Shown here: positions 28,960-43,800 of the stretch, piece after piece
Numbering within the stretch: the first letter of the stretch is position 1
Layout of the letters: every line of letters starts with the position of its first letter
Source of the DNA: Proteromonas lacertae
Lineage: Eukaryota
Direction of reading: 5' to 3'
DNA length: 64,000 bases
Assembly: GCA_002245135.1 (NCBI GenBank)
Contig: NGBS01000319.1
Coordinates: forward strand, 1 to 64,000
The notes under the pieces: model-generated
Seen by the model: the letters and a program-made list of their open reading frames with translations, nothing else
What the model was told of the DNA's origin: nothing
Databases searched by the model: none
Translations under genes and position numbers: made by a program

Positions 28960-29857
28960 ATGAGTATAATATCTAAATTAGTATGGCTTCTAATTTTATT
29001 ATATGTTAGCAACATTTAACAAAAACAATACCAGCTATTGAAGTATTTTTCCTATTCTATTTTCAAGGTAGAAAGAAAATTCACAGTAAAACCAGAAAAT
29101 TGGGATTATTTGAAAAATAAGTTCACAAAACTTGCTCTGAATGAACCAAAAATAATTAAATTGGATGATATGTATGATTAATAGAGATGTTCTTATGCAA
29201 TTATAGATATTATGATTGTGAAGATTTTCAGTTAGTTAAAAGGGACAATTGGTTGAGAAATCGAAATAATAATTGGGAGATTAAAATACCATATCCTGGA
29301 AAACAAGTATGTGGTTATAAATCTACAGTATATCAGTATATTTATATGAATATTGCTTTCTAGAGAAATAGAAGGAGAAGAAAATGTGTTGGAATATATA
29401 AGTAACAATAAATCAAAAGAATTTAATAACCAAATCAGCAATTATCTATCTATCAACAAAATAATACCTTTTGCGCATGTTTCTTCTACTAGAACTACAT
29501 TTATTTGTGAAAATATTCATATTGATGTTGATGAAATAGAATTTCGTGATTGGAGAGAGAGAGTATATATATATATAACATTAATCAATATGTTTGTTAG
29601 GAAAGAATACTTGGAAATCATATGGTTGGTGAAGTTGAAATAATGGCTAAAGAAGAGAATGAAATAGATAAATGCCAAGATTATATTTCTCACTTTCTAC
29701 AGGAAAATGGCTTAGAAGATAATAACCAATACAATTCATCTGGTAAAGTATATATATATTATTAAATATTTACATTTAGTTGAATCAATATTTGAGAAGA
29801 TATAGAAATGACATTTTCAATATTTTAGTTGAAAGTAATGTATTTCATATAGAATAG
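28960..29857 (+). CDS. CYTH-domain protein, thiamine triphosphatase-like (multi-exon)
   Basis: Spliced IE|VERKF, YYD, DNWLRNR..WEIK, TRTTF, VDE, GEVEIM motifs. Confidence 0.8.
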
Positions 29858-29911
29858 ATTCTTTTTTTTATAACTAAAACAACTACTAATATGTAATTAA
29901 ATAAATATCAC

Positions 29912-30569
29912 TTAATATCTTCCTCTTCCTCTAAATCCTCCTCTTCCTCTATAACCACCCCTTCCTCTATATCCACCTCTACCTCCTCTATATCCTCCCC
30001 TTTGATAACGTGGAACATTTATTCTTTTTGGCGTTATTGTAATTTTTCTTCCTTTTAATTCACTCCCTGTCAATAAAATTGCATTCTGTGCACCTTTTTC
30101 ATCACTAAATTCTATATAAGCAGCCCCTTTCGGTTGCTTTTGTGCATTTGTAAGAATAGTTACTCTATCAACTGAACCACAGTTTTGGAAAAACTGTTGA
30201 AGTTCGTCTGGTGTTACGCTATAATCTACTTGACCAACATATACCGAATTACCATCAAGTTGTGAAGGTGGGATACGCTGTTCTGATTTACCACCTACTC
30301 CTCCATCATTCTGTTAGTATTATATAAATTGAAGATAAATATACTTTAATTGTATTTGCATATTGAGATACGTTTTTCTCTGCATTTGCTAGCTTTTCAT
30401 TCAATTCTTTCATTGTTTCTTCTTTATTAGTCTCTACATCATCTGTTCCAAGAACTGCAGATTCTTCTAATGGGAAATCAACCTCATCGTCTTCATAATC
30501 AACTTGATTGTCTGCTGTATCTATATTTACATTTACTAAAGTATTCTTACTATCGGAGTTATTAGACAT
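29912..30569 (-). CDS. PABPN1: Nuclear poly(A)-binding protein 2 (coiled coil, RRM, RGG tail); one intron
   Basis: SVYVGQVDYSVTPDEL, VTIL..QPKGAAYIEF, KRINVP, RGGYRG repeats. Confidence 0.92.
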
Positions 30570-30724
30570 TTGTAATAAAGAGTGTATTTACTTCTTAAAA
30601 TTCTAAATGATATTGTAGACAAAATACAGTTGTATTTCTGTACATTTATTGTTATTCATTTTTGTAAGGTTAAGAATGGATAATAAAATTAAATCATCGT
30701 GGAAGAAATTTTCATCGTTGAGTA

Positions 30725-32978
30725 ATGCACTTCCAAAGACAGTTTATGTTCCGTTCTCCTTGTGAAAGTGATATTGATGTTCCTTATACAAGAGAGTTTA
30801 TTCAATTCAAATCAAAGAATAAATCTGATACTATATACAAGATGCCAATAGAATTCAATGATTATTGGCACATTACACAATTTTCTTCAGAAGATAAAGT
30901 ACCTGTTGTAGAATTTGATATAAAGCAACAACAATTATTAATATTAAAAGATTATTTAAATTTCCTACCTGTATATATTTATATACTAATAAAGTAATAG
31001 ATAACAGTTGTGTCTGAACATATAGATCAGTTATTTCAAGCAGTAAATGAACTCCATTTAAAAGAACTATCAAAATGTTTAATAAAGATAATAAAAGAGA
31101 ATTTATCACCTAAAACCATTTCCATTTTATTTGATTATGTATTTCAAGATATAACGATGAGAGATCCTGAACTATTAGATTTCTGTAAAAAATGGATAAG
31201 AAAACACGTTGATATAATATTAGATTTACGTTATGTGAAATATATAAAAGTGAAAGTAATTCGATACATTCTAACCTTAGATGTTTTAACAATTTATAGT
31301 GAATCAAAACTATTGGAGTTTCTCGTAATGTGGTTAAGAATTAATAATATGTTATCTGATTTATATACTGCTAGAGCATTCTTAAGATCAATTATATGGA
31401 ATAGTGTAGAATATAAAAGTATAATTATAATATATAAGATAAATGAATATAATTAATAGCATATGAATTGTTACAAAGAATCCCAGACGCTCAATATCTA
31501 ACAGATATAAAAGGAAAAACAGTTAGTTCAATCTCATTACCAGTGTGTCATGAAAGAATATACACAGTAGTACCAAAAACAAATAGTGAAATTGTTGACT
31601 CAATGAATGAATGTTATACATTATTTGATGATGAAATAGATATGATTGGTTTTTTGAATAATACAGATTTTATAAAATTAACAAATACTTGGTATGGATT
31701 TGCTATTATTCAAACGTTAAGAGTGTGGGTGACAACTGTTCAGTTATCTTATTTATGTTCTTCTTTTAAGAATGGAATGATGCCTTATTTAAAAGAATTT
31801 GATATTTCAGGAAATTATTTAGGAAATAATGGAATTGTTGCTTTATGTGAAAATTTCAAATATTTGACACAATTACGAATATTGGATTTAAATAACAACT
31901 TTATTGGAGAAGATGGGATTATAGCAATTACTAGATATATATCATTGTTGAGTAACTTAGAAACACTATCTTTAGATTTACCTTTTATTACTGTGAATAT
32001 ATTTAATATTTTACATGATACAGTCCATTATTTACCATATCAACCTGCAATTTATATTGGAAATATGTTTGTCAATACATCATTATTACCTTATAATAAA
32101 ATATTAGAATATGCATTGAAAGTAACAAAAACTGAATATAGTCATCCATTTGATTTGAACAATTCAAGAAATAAAAAAATATCATCTTTAATTACACCAA
32201 GAGGTACACCAAGAGAAAAAGAAAGAGATCCGATGAGTTTAGTAAGGGCAGAAACACAATTAGCATATCGATTTAGATGTTTGAAGAATTTAAAGGCTTT
32301 ATATGTAAGTGTATGTAGATTGACAGGAAATAAGAAAATTGATGATGTTTTGTTGACAAATGATCCTGATTCTGATTGTGAATTAATATTCTCAAGAATG
32401 AATGTATTAGTTGAAGAATTTCATGTATTACTGGCTACATTGTTATTTTATCGTAAAATAACTGAATTAAGTGTTTATCAAATGAAATTAGGAGAACAAC
32501 AGATGATTAATTTAGGTAATATATTATCAAAAGGATTTCCATATATAAAAAGACTGTATTTAAATGATAATAATTGTGGTTCGCAAGGTGCTAAAGCTAT
32601 AGCAAGTGCATTTCCATATCTACCGTCATTAAGAGAACTTCTCATTGGATGTATAATTTATATTTAATTTATTATTATTATTATAGCCAATAATATTGGA
32701 GTAAAAGGTGCAAAATATATTGCTGCTAATTTGCCTGAGCTTGATAAATTGTGTGAGTTAGATATTTGGAATAATAATATAGGAGATGAAGGTGCAGAAG
32801 AGTTGGCGTATGTTTTAACATTTTATTGTCAGAATCTAAAGAATATAACAATGACTCGTATATATTATAATATATTGATATATAAATGATTATAGAAAAC
32901 AATATATCACCTGAAGCAACTACTAAAATCAAGTTAGAGCTGTCAAAAAGACATAATTGGGATAATCTTGCTTTATAG
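30725..32978 (+). CDS. BACK-like plus ribonuclease-inhibitor-type LRR protein (5' end uncertain)
   Basis: ILTLDVLTIYSESKLLEFLVMW (BACK-like); LxxLDLxxNxIG repeats; introns restore the frame to TAG at 32978. Confidence 0.7.
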
Positions 32979-33134
32979 AACTATTTGTAACTTTGTTGTA
33001 TTATGTTATGTTGTGTTAGATGAAAATAAATAAACAGAAAATATCGTTACAAACATAATAAACAATCACAAAAACACTTTAGATTCAAAAAATATATTCG
33101 TTTCTTGAAATATTTGTATTTATTGTTTTTTGTA

Positions 33135-35678
33135 ATGCTCCCATTTGAAAAAGGTTTAGATTGTGTATGACTTATTGTTTCATTTATATATAGAAGATAA
33201 TTGACAGTCAACTTGAATTATATTGTATGACTTCGTCATTTAATGTTGTTTAGGTTGAAAATCCGGTAAATAAGACTGATACTTCCGAAAGCGCTACTGT
33301 AATTGATAGTTCAAATAATCTATATATATTGAAACTGATAATTTGTACTGATTCTCACAATATCAACAAAGAGACAAAAGATAGATTTGTATTTTAGTTT
33401 TACTAATGATATATTATAGGAATTACTCCATGATTTCCCTAGAAACAACAATGTAGCAGAAATGAAGTGTCTTAGGCTTTCAGAGAGAATGTTCTCACTT
33501 ATAACTCCGTTTTATAATAAAACATTAGCATCAATAGATGTTGTACAGTATTTAGATGGTGAAGATGCCAGTAATGTTTTAATTGACATTGCGAATGGTT
33601 TAGAATCACTACATTCTCAGAAAATCATTCATGGAAATTTGAAACCAACAAATATACTGTTTTATGAAGATTATAATGTATTAATAACAGATTACTCTCA
33701 ATACTTAATCAACAATGATTATCATATTATCAACTACATGTCACCAGAGATGCTTACAGAAAGTGAAATAGATGAAAGTACAGATATTTGGTCGTTTGGA
33801 TGCATTCTATATTACGTTTTAGAAGGAAAATCTTGTTTTAACAATAAAGATACAACATCATTAATTAGAAATATAAAAAGTGTTACATTCATTCCAATGT
33901 CACCAGCGCATCAACAAGAGAGTAATTTCTTACTTAAATTATTATGTTTTATACCATCTGAAAGATTAAAAATCGATGAAATTGTAAAAGAGTTGAATAT
34001 AATGAAAAGTAGAGTGTTTTTACCACCATCTACTGCTTCTCCTGTTAGTCCTTCTGTTAATGATAATAATAATAATAATATTCCATTACCTTATGGTGGT
34101 AGAGAATTACCTCCAAATATTACACCAGCACCAGAGATAGGAAGAATGACTGTTAAATCATTTTCTATTAGTAATAATGATGATAATAATAGCGTATATA
34201 TTGATAATAGTGTTGATATTGATAATGTTAATGTTGAGGTAATTGATAATAATATATGTAATAATAATGCAGTTAATGTTATAAATAATAATGAGGATGA
34301 GAATGTAGCTAGCGGTATAAGTATTGATGAAATAAAAAAGAAAATTGATGTAGGTGAAAAATTCAATTTAGAATTATATAAGAAAATATATAAAGATAAA
34401 AGTATAGATAATTATAATTATTATGTTATTACATTATTAATAGATTTAGTAAAATTGATTATATATGAAGCGAATCATATAAATAGTGGTTGTATATTCT
34501 TTATTAACAAAAAGAAGCAATTATCATATATGGAACTTTTATTATCAATATTATATGAAAATATAAAACTAAAAGAACAATATATAAGTGATTTGCACAT
34601 GAATGATGATTATTATAGTCTTGTAACGGTAATGGATAACAATTATTCACTGGATGTGAGATGTATATATATATATATATATTTATATATATAGATGGTG
34701 AAGTAGAATCAAAAGAAATTATATCAATGTCTCGTTATTTTCATCTCATCCCTCAAACTTTAAGCTTGAATCTGACAGGCATTAATATAGGTACAAGTGG
34801 TATAAAATCATTATCTCAATATATAACATTATTCACAAATTTAAAATGTTTAAAAATTAGTAATAATAAAATTGGTAATAAAGGAATGGAATGTCTTTCA
34901 CAAGTATTATCATCATTTAGTAAATTAGAAGAATTATCTTTAGGAAGTATATATATATATATATATATATTAATTATATTATAAATAGTGAATAATTTAA
35001 AAGATGATGGATTTCTCTATTTAGCACAATCATTTTCCTCTTTAAACAATCTCAAATCACTTTTCTTAGGAGGTAATAATTGCAGTGGAAAAGGAATAAG
35101 ATTTATTGCATTTCACTGTAGTTATTTAACCTCATTGGATATACTGAGATTAGGTTCATGTAATTTAGATGATGATAATATAAGACCTTTATGTGAGAAG
35201 TGGAAAGGTATGAATGGATTGAGTGAATTAGATTTATGTGGAAATTCACTTAAATTGAGTGGTATTTCTTTAATTGCAGATAATGGAGTAGATCTGATGT
35301 ATTTGAAGGTTTTGAACCTGAGAAGTGTGAATATGGGAGATGAAGGTGTTATTTATTTTTCTTTACACTTTAAAAACTTTATAAGTCTAGAAAGTCTTAA
35401 TGCTGCTGAAAATGATATATCTAATAAAGGTGCTGAGTCTGTTTTTTCTCATTTAGAAGAATTATCTTCTCTAAAGATTATTATATTAGATTGTATAGAT
35501 ATTTATGTATATAATGATTATAGTAAATAATATAACTTCAGATATTGTTCAGTGTGTAGTAGAGAATGGATTTAAATGGAAAACAATCGAAAGAATATCG
35601 TTAAAATCAACGAGTGTAGATGCGATAGCATGTATGCATCTAAGAGAAGCATTTGCAAATGTTGCTATAACTTTTTAA
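33135..35678 (+). CDS. Protein (pseudo)kinase-LRR protein (multi-exon)
   Basis: HGNLKPTN, TDYS, YMSPE, DIWSFGC; Asn-rich linker; RI-type LRRs. Confidence 0.82.
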
Positions 35679-35864
35679 ATTATTTTCTTCAATTTTTTTT
35701 TTTACTATATAGGTATTTGTGGCGTTGTCGTTCAATATTTTGTTTATTTAAAAAAGATTATGCGGTGATTATATCAAAAATAAGACTGTTGTGAATAACT
35801 TTTTAAAAGTTTGAGTATGTTTGAGTAACTGATCTTTGTTTTTTTCTCTTTTTCTTTTGATAGG

Positions 35865-37642
35865 ATGAATCCATACTCTCCACAAGTATATTATTTGGTG
35901 ATTACTTTCTTTATTTATAGAGAACAGTAAGAAATACAAGCACTTCTTCTGCATTAAGTGATTTTCGGCTGTCTGTATTAATTTTAGATCTATATTTTTA
36001 GTCAAATAGTGGAATAACAAGTTCAGATAGACAAACTGAAGTAGGGAGGGATACTTCAGTTTCTGATATACCTCATATGCCAGCTAGACCAGTTGGTGAT
36101 TCAATAGATCAAGGAGTATGTGGTACTTCACCTCAGATGGAAATGCAAAGAGGTTCAAGTATTAATTCTCATATATTCTTAAATGCTATCTTAATAGGAA
36201 ATTATATACCTGGATCAATGACATCACCACTAGTTATACCTGTTGGAAGTCATCAATCCGTTCCAAGTTATAGATTAAGATCATCTAGTGTTTCACCACA
36301 GCCACAAATCCCATCCAATCGTTCCATTCGTGTTAGAAATACATCTGGTGTAAATTACACATTTCTAAATGGTACTTCAGGAAGGTCTTCACTAGGACCA
36401 GGCAATATGCCAATATTTTCACCAGTCAGAGCTAATATAAGTAGTAGAATAGCCAATACAAATAGCAGTAGGATGGGAAATGGAAGTAGCAGAATAAGAA
36501 CAGGAACAATGGCTGATGATGATAATCTTTCCACTACTACAGACTGTTCTACAGTATCAAGCCAAATACCACCATCTTTAGGAATAGCAACATCTGCAAA
36601 CCAAGAGTTTTTCTATCCAATTGATCATATACCAAATGAACAGAATGCACTAAGAGTCTTTTTATTAAACTGTCCATTTAGTAAATATATAGAAAAGAAT
36701 TGGTTTAGATTTTTAATCCGAAGGGTGAATTATGGTTCAAAGTTAATATATGAATGTGGTGTTACAAAAACAGGAGAAGAGTTGTATATATTATGCTATG
36801 CAATAAAAATAAGTAAACTAACATCTACTTATTTTGAAATCAGTATAAATTTAGATGATTTATTAAACAGTAATCCATCTTTTACATCAACTATAGCAAC
36901 TTCTCTTTCATCTACTTTTAGACTCAATAGTAATTCCAATAGTCATTCTTCTAATGATAATGTTCCATATCCACGAACTGCTACATCTGATAGTAATATA
37001 TCACCCAACTCAAGTTCAAATAGTATAACGCCAACGTATTTATTACTTCCACATAATCATCATCATAGTAGAGGTAATAGAAAGAGTGATGGGTTTTTAG
37101 GTAAATTGACAATGAATTTTAAAAAGAATAATTTTGTGTTAGTTAGTATCGATCCTGAATGTACAGATTTTCAAATTGATCAAGCTATTATTTGTTATGT
37201 TGATAAAAGTGGTAGTCAATATTCATATCAAGTATGTTTACCATCAATGCAGTCAAATGGACAATACATTCAGCTAATTGCCTCAGCTAAAGACAAAAGT
37301 CAATTACAAACTTTGTTTAATGAAATTATAAAGACTGGTGCTCAAAATGTCATGTACATAGATAAAGTGAAGTGTTTTTCATTACCAAATAAGCCGAAAG
37401 GTAGATTAGACCAGTATGGAACTGTGATTGAAGATTCAGCTAAGAATTGTGCTTTGTATAAATGTGAACCACAAGGCTTAACTTTGAGAATGGGTTTCTA
37501 TACTGGTGGTGTAAAAGATAAGTCATATGAACAAAATCCTTTTAGGCTTGGGAAATTATATGAAAATACATATATGGTCGATTTTAATTATCCATTTTCA
37601 TTTTATCAAGCATTGGGAGTTGCCCTTACTCGTTTTATGTAA
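35865..37642 (+). CDS. Tubby-like protein with Ser-rich N-terminus
   Basis: C-terminal FLGKL, SAKN, YMVDFNYPFSFYQALGVALTRF typical of the Tubby domain. Confidence 0.75.
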
Positions 37643-37838
37643 TTTAAGAATTTTTAAGTGTAGATATTATTTTTTATACTTAAGTGTATTGAACCTTTTT
37701 TTGTTGAAAACTACTTAACAGCGAAAAATATTCATCTAATGAGTTTGAAAAATAGAGTATATAAAAATATATTCGTTATTCGTTATTTGAAAAGGTATTT
37801 TTGTTGATTATCAATCAACAGCCACAAAATATAGTAAA

Positions 37839-40800
37839 ATGAGCTTACTTACAGGCAGGGGTATATTTTTTACATATGATTTTATGTTTTAAATAGATTC
37901 TGTGGGTAAATTAACTCCACAAGTATATTTTTTATATCTATCTTATATTTAGAAATCTTCAAGAAGGCTAAACAAAAAGAGTATTTCATATGTGAATTAT
38001 TTTGATAGACTTGAAACAAGATAGAAAAAGAGAAGAAGTAGAGAGGCGTCAAATGAATGTATTTGCTTGATTTTATTTTACTTAATAGAATGAGGAATGG
38101 ATTTCATGGAGAGCAAAATGGTGGTCAAATAACTGTGTTGATTCATTTAGGACTTGTTCTGTATTTATATCAAGTACTTTTAATGATATGCATGGTGAAC
38201 GTGATTATATAACTAGATTCGTTTTCCCTGAACTTAATAATAAACTAAGATCAAGAGGAATTAAAGCTATTCCAATAGATTTAAGATGGGGATATATCCT
38301 TTTTCAATATAAATATAATAATAATCTCTGATTTATCTTAATTCTTATGTAATAACACAAGAAGATACTTCCGATGAAGGATTAGGAGCTTTAGAACACT
38401 GTCTAATGGAAATAGATCATTCCCGACCATTCTTCGTACTATTACAAGGTAGCAGATATGGATGGGTACCTCCTTATTACAAAATCTCCAATAAACCTGA
38501 ATTTGAGTGGGTAAAGACATTCCCTAAAGGTTTTAGTATAACAGCAATGGAAGCATATTATGGATTTTTAAGATGCCCATTTACACCTGTATATGCGTTC
38601 TGTTATATAAGAAATCCTTTATTTTTAAATTCAATAAAAGATCCAGAAGAAAGAGCTGTGTTTTTAGATTGTGATAATCCTGAAGAAAAGAATAGAAGAA
38701 GAGAAGAATTATTAGTAAAAGTAAATGAGCATCCATATTGCAGAGTTAGAGAATATACTTGTACTTATGGTGGTAAAGATACGGAAGGAAAACCATATGT
38801 TACAAATCTTGAAAAATTTGGTCAAACCTTGCTTGATGATTTATTCAATGCTGTATTATATTGTATATGTTATATTTGTGTGTATAGATAACATGTGAAT
38901 TTTCAGAGCCACCTAAGCCATTAACTCCAGTAGAAGAAGAGAAATCATATCATTTTAATTTCATTAGAGACAGAATGTGTATATTTAGAGGAAGAGATAA
39001 ATTGTTGAATATTTTATTCAAACATGCTAATGGTGAGTGGCAAACGAATGAGTATATATATATATATATATAATTATTATCTTAATGTATAAAATAGTAA
39101 AACAAATACTGACAATGGTAAACTACCAATTGTTGTAATTGGTGATCCAGGAAGTGGTAAATCATCAGTAATAGCAGCATTTGCACATAAATATATTCAT
39201 CAATATCCCAATAAAATAGTAATTACACATATAGTTGGAGCTAGTCCAAAATCAATAGATATTCGATTTACTTTATTAAGATTTATGAATGAGTTATTAA
39301 CCTATTTTCCAGATATACAAATGCCAAGTGATAATGATTATGTTACTGTAAAACATGCATTTCATAATGCTTTAGAGAAGATATCAGATACTTGTGAAAA
39401 GAGACAAACTAATTTAATCTTTATTATTGATGGTTTAAATCAATTCTTACCACTTTATTCTGCGCATTCTTTGGATTGGTTACCTTATAAATTATTACCA
39501 TATATAAGATGGATTGTATCAACAACCAAAGAAGGATATGGAATTAATGTTTTACAAGCAATAAGGAAAAGAGAACAAAAACCTGGACAATTACTAATTT
39601 CTCCATTAACTGTTGAAGAGCAAAAAGAAATTATCATTTCACAATTATCTTTATATAGTAAGAAACTAACAAAAGAACAATTAAATATGATGTGTAAAAA
39701 AGATGATAGTTCAAAACCATTATATTTATTAATTGCATGTGAAGAGTTGAGATATGTAGGTTTATATGGTTCTAATGGTAGTGAAATAGATAATAAAATC
39801 GAATCATTTCCTCCAAAGGTGGGTGAAATATTTATGTGTGTATTAGATAGAGTTGAAAGAGATATGCAATTATGGGCTAGAGATTATTGTAGTACATTAC
39901 CAGTAGATCAATCAACAGAAGAAAAAATGATTTATTTTGGTGCTGCTATAGTGAAATATGCATTATGTTATATTGATTGTAGTAGACAAGGTATTAATGA
40001 GAATGAATTAATGGAATTATTAGCACCACCTAATAGTGACAAACTTCCTCAAGCTATTTGGTCAAGATTGTTTCGTTCTCTAGAATTATATCTGAAATCG
40101 ACTGAAGTACATGGTAATAATACAATTTCATTCTTTCATGGACAATTATCTGTTGCTGTAAAGAAAAGGTATTTGGATAATGATAATAATGATATGAGAA
40201 ATCATATATATCAGAATTTCTGTGATTATTATAAGTTAAAATCTGATCCAACAGGAGAATTGCTTTGGAATACTGACAATGAGAATGGTTTAATAGAATT
40301 GCCTTATTATTACACTGTAGCATATAATTATTTAGGAATTAAAGAAACTTTATGTAATTTAAACTTCATTTTAGCAAGATGTAAATTAGGTTTATATTCT
40401 ATTGAAAATTTAATCAGAGATTATAAGTTCTGTATTGATTTCTATAAAGGAACAGGTGGTGATTCATTTAGAGAAATGTTAAATGGAAGTTTAACTTCAT
40501 CCAATCAATTTTTCTTAATGATTTCAGATTTCTTAATCTTTGTTAGCTCTCATAGAAAATTATTACTTGATAATCCTTTAGTTATATTTGAATTAGCATT
40601 AAACTTACCTGATTCTACTGCACCATATTTAGAAGCTTTAAGACATATTCAAAGAGGATATGCACCAATTGTATATATTATATTATAATTCCTTATTTAT
40701 CCATTAAAATAGTCATGGTTAGAATTTATATCCAAACCAGATGATAATAATCTTTTAAGTGAATTTAGTGGTTATAATTCTCCAGTTACAGCTGTTGCAG

Positions 40801-43800
40801 TACATCCTGATGCTTCAGTTACATTAGTTGGATGTAGAGATGGTTCAATTAGGATAATAGACACAATAACAGGCGAAATATTGCATGAATGTATTATGGA
40901 TGGACATACTGCAGCTATTAACTCATTATCATTTGATCATGAAGGTTTGAAGTTTGTTTCTGCTTCTGATGATAATACAATTATCTGTTGGGATACTAGT
41001 ACTGGTTCTAAATTAGGAAAAAATGATACTCATATTCATCCAGTTACATTTGCATTATTTACACCAACTGCTGTTGAAGGAAGATTGTATGTAGCAAGTG
41101 GTAGTACAGATATGTCAATAAGAATATGGAATTTAGTCATTTCAGATGATGAAACTATGTATTTTAAAGAATTGTCGTTTAAAGATTGGATTTCAAATGT
41201 TCCATTAAAAGCTACATTTACTGCTGATGGTAATATGTTAATAACAGGATGTAAAGATGGTTTTGTATCACTTTATGATTTAAGAAATCCAACTGTAAGT
41301 ATTGAAGAAATAGTGAAGTTTGATGCACATGAACAAGATATTACAGCTATTGCTTATAGATCAAATGATTCATTATTAGCAACAGGGAGTGAAGATTGTT
41401 TGGTTAAAATATGGAGAATTCAATTGAAATATGCCTCAGATTCTATGCCAACTTTAGTCTATGAATTTAATTGTATAATTAACTGTTATTTAACATTATT
41501 TTATTTTATTTATAGATCATACAGCTTCAATATCAGCCATTACATTCTCTTTTGATAATTCCTTTTTAATCACAGCTGATAGTAATAGTAAAATACATAT
41601 TTGGGATAGTAAAACAAAAGAGAAGATTACTAGTATAATAGGTCATCACAAAGCAATTAGTGCAGTATGTTTTCCACCAAAATCACAGATATTATTGACT
41701 GCTTCATTGGATATGACAATCAAACAGTGGAATGTGCACAATATCAGATCAGAAAAGAAAGACAAAACTTCAAGATACATTACAACTACAGAGAATCTGA
41801 ATGTTATTCAAAAGAGAAAATTAGATAGATTTAAAGTGAATTTCTCTCAGATTATAGCTAATACACCAACAGGTTTTCATACTCATAAAGTAACTTCAAT
41901 TACATTATCAAATGATGGATCTTTGTGTTGTAGTGGAAGTGAAGATTTGACTGTAAAAGTATGGAATGTAAAGACGAATAAAGAAATTGCTACTTTAGTT
42001 GGTCATGTTAATACTATTACGTTTGTTGCTCTTACAGTATAGTTATATTTATTATTATTATTATTATTATTATATTTAAATAGAGTAATAATGATATTGT
42101 TTCAGGTGATATGTGTGGTATAATTTTCATATGGAAATATGAATACAATGCATATAAACACTATTTAACATTAAACTCAAATATTTATGAAGATTCTGGT
42201 GTAAATAGTCCATTACCAAGCAGTAGAGAAATACATGGTTTAACCGCTGGTGCAATTAATTCTACTTCCACATTTATATTTTGTGGTTATGAAGATGGAA
42301 GATTAAGAAAGTTCAATATTAAAGATGGTTTTGCATGTAAAGTTGGCTTAGAATGTTCTCATACTTATTCTGTTTGTAAAGTTGTTTGTCCAAGTGATAA
42401 AAGAGTATTAACTGCTGATACATCAGGTACAATCAAAGTATGGAATGAAGAATTACAAAGTGTAACTATATTAAATGGAAATGAAAATCCAATTTTAGAT
42501 ATTTCATTCTCCAATAAGAATTCAAGAATAGTTTCAATTGCTAAAGATAAATATGTTCATTGTTGGGATAGATATCATAAAATATATCAACCATTTCAAA
42601 TACCGAAAGAATTGATTGACAACGAGCCAATGTATAATTTATATTATTTCTTTATATAAATAGTTGTGCTTCAATATCATCAAAATGTGATTATGTATTA
42701 ATGACTGGAGAAGATCATATTTTCAAAGTTATAGATATATCAAGTATAATAATTATATATTTATATATTTATCAAATAGCTCGAGATGAGTTTATTTTAT
42801 TAGGATCATTTATTCCATTTGGTCAAATATGTTGTTCTACAATCTCAAAGAATGATATAATTGCTTGTGGTGATAGTACAGGTAGAGTTTTCTTCTTACA
42901 AGTTGTATCTTTAGAAAAACATCACTATAATGAAGAAATCTGTGATTTACCAACATTGACATTAACTCATGTCAATAAACCACATATTGATGAAAAATAT
43001 GTTCCACAAATCGATTTACCACCCATTGAAGATGAGAATATTGTTATTTCAAGAGCTGAATTACCTTCATTTTCAAGACAAAATAGTCCAAAGAAACAAA
43101 GATCATTTGCAATTACTCCTAAGAGTGTTAGAAACAGCAGTAGACAATCAAAGAATTGCACTCCAAGAAATGTAGCTATTCTTACTGCTACTACTACACC
43201 CATTTCTCAAAGTCCAAAACATACTTGTTTCCCATTCATCAACTCACCTTCATTAAATGATGATAGTGAATTAACTACGCCTAATGAAAAGAATGAACAA
43301 CAACAAGAAAAAGAAAAAGAGAGACTATCTCCATTAAGAAAAGAATTAGATATAAAACAGAATGAAAAAGAAGAAATAGTAGAAGAAGAAAAACCAATAG
43401 AAACCCCAAATAGAAAGAAATCCAAAACTGGTTTATCAATTAAAATCACTAACAGCAATGTAGAAGATGAAAAATGCATAGTTTCTCCAATAAAACAAGA
43501 TCAATTGAATTCAGTAATACTTGAACCACCAAGTATGACTAAATCATGTCATTCACTTATTCCTTCTCCGTTAAAAGCAACTCCACAACACGGAATACCA
43601 ACAATCTTCCAAAAAGAAATATTAGAAATGCCTTCAATAATGCATTTTGATGAAGATAATAACAAAAATAAAATTGATTTGACTGTTAAAGCATCTTATC
43701 CTAAAAGGACATTAGAAGATGATTATAGTGATAATGATAGTAGTGGTGAAAGTGAAAGTGATGAATATGAAGAGATAATAACAAAATGCAAATTGAATCC

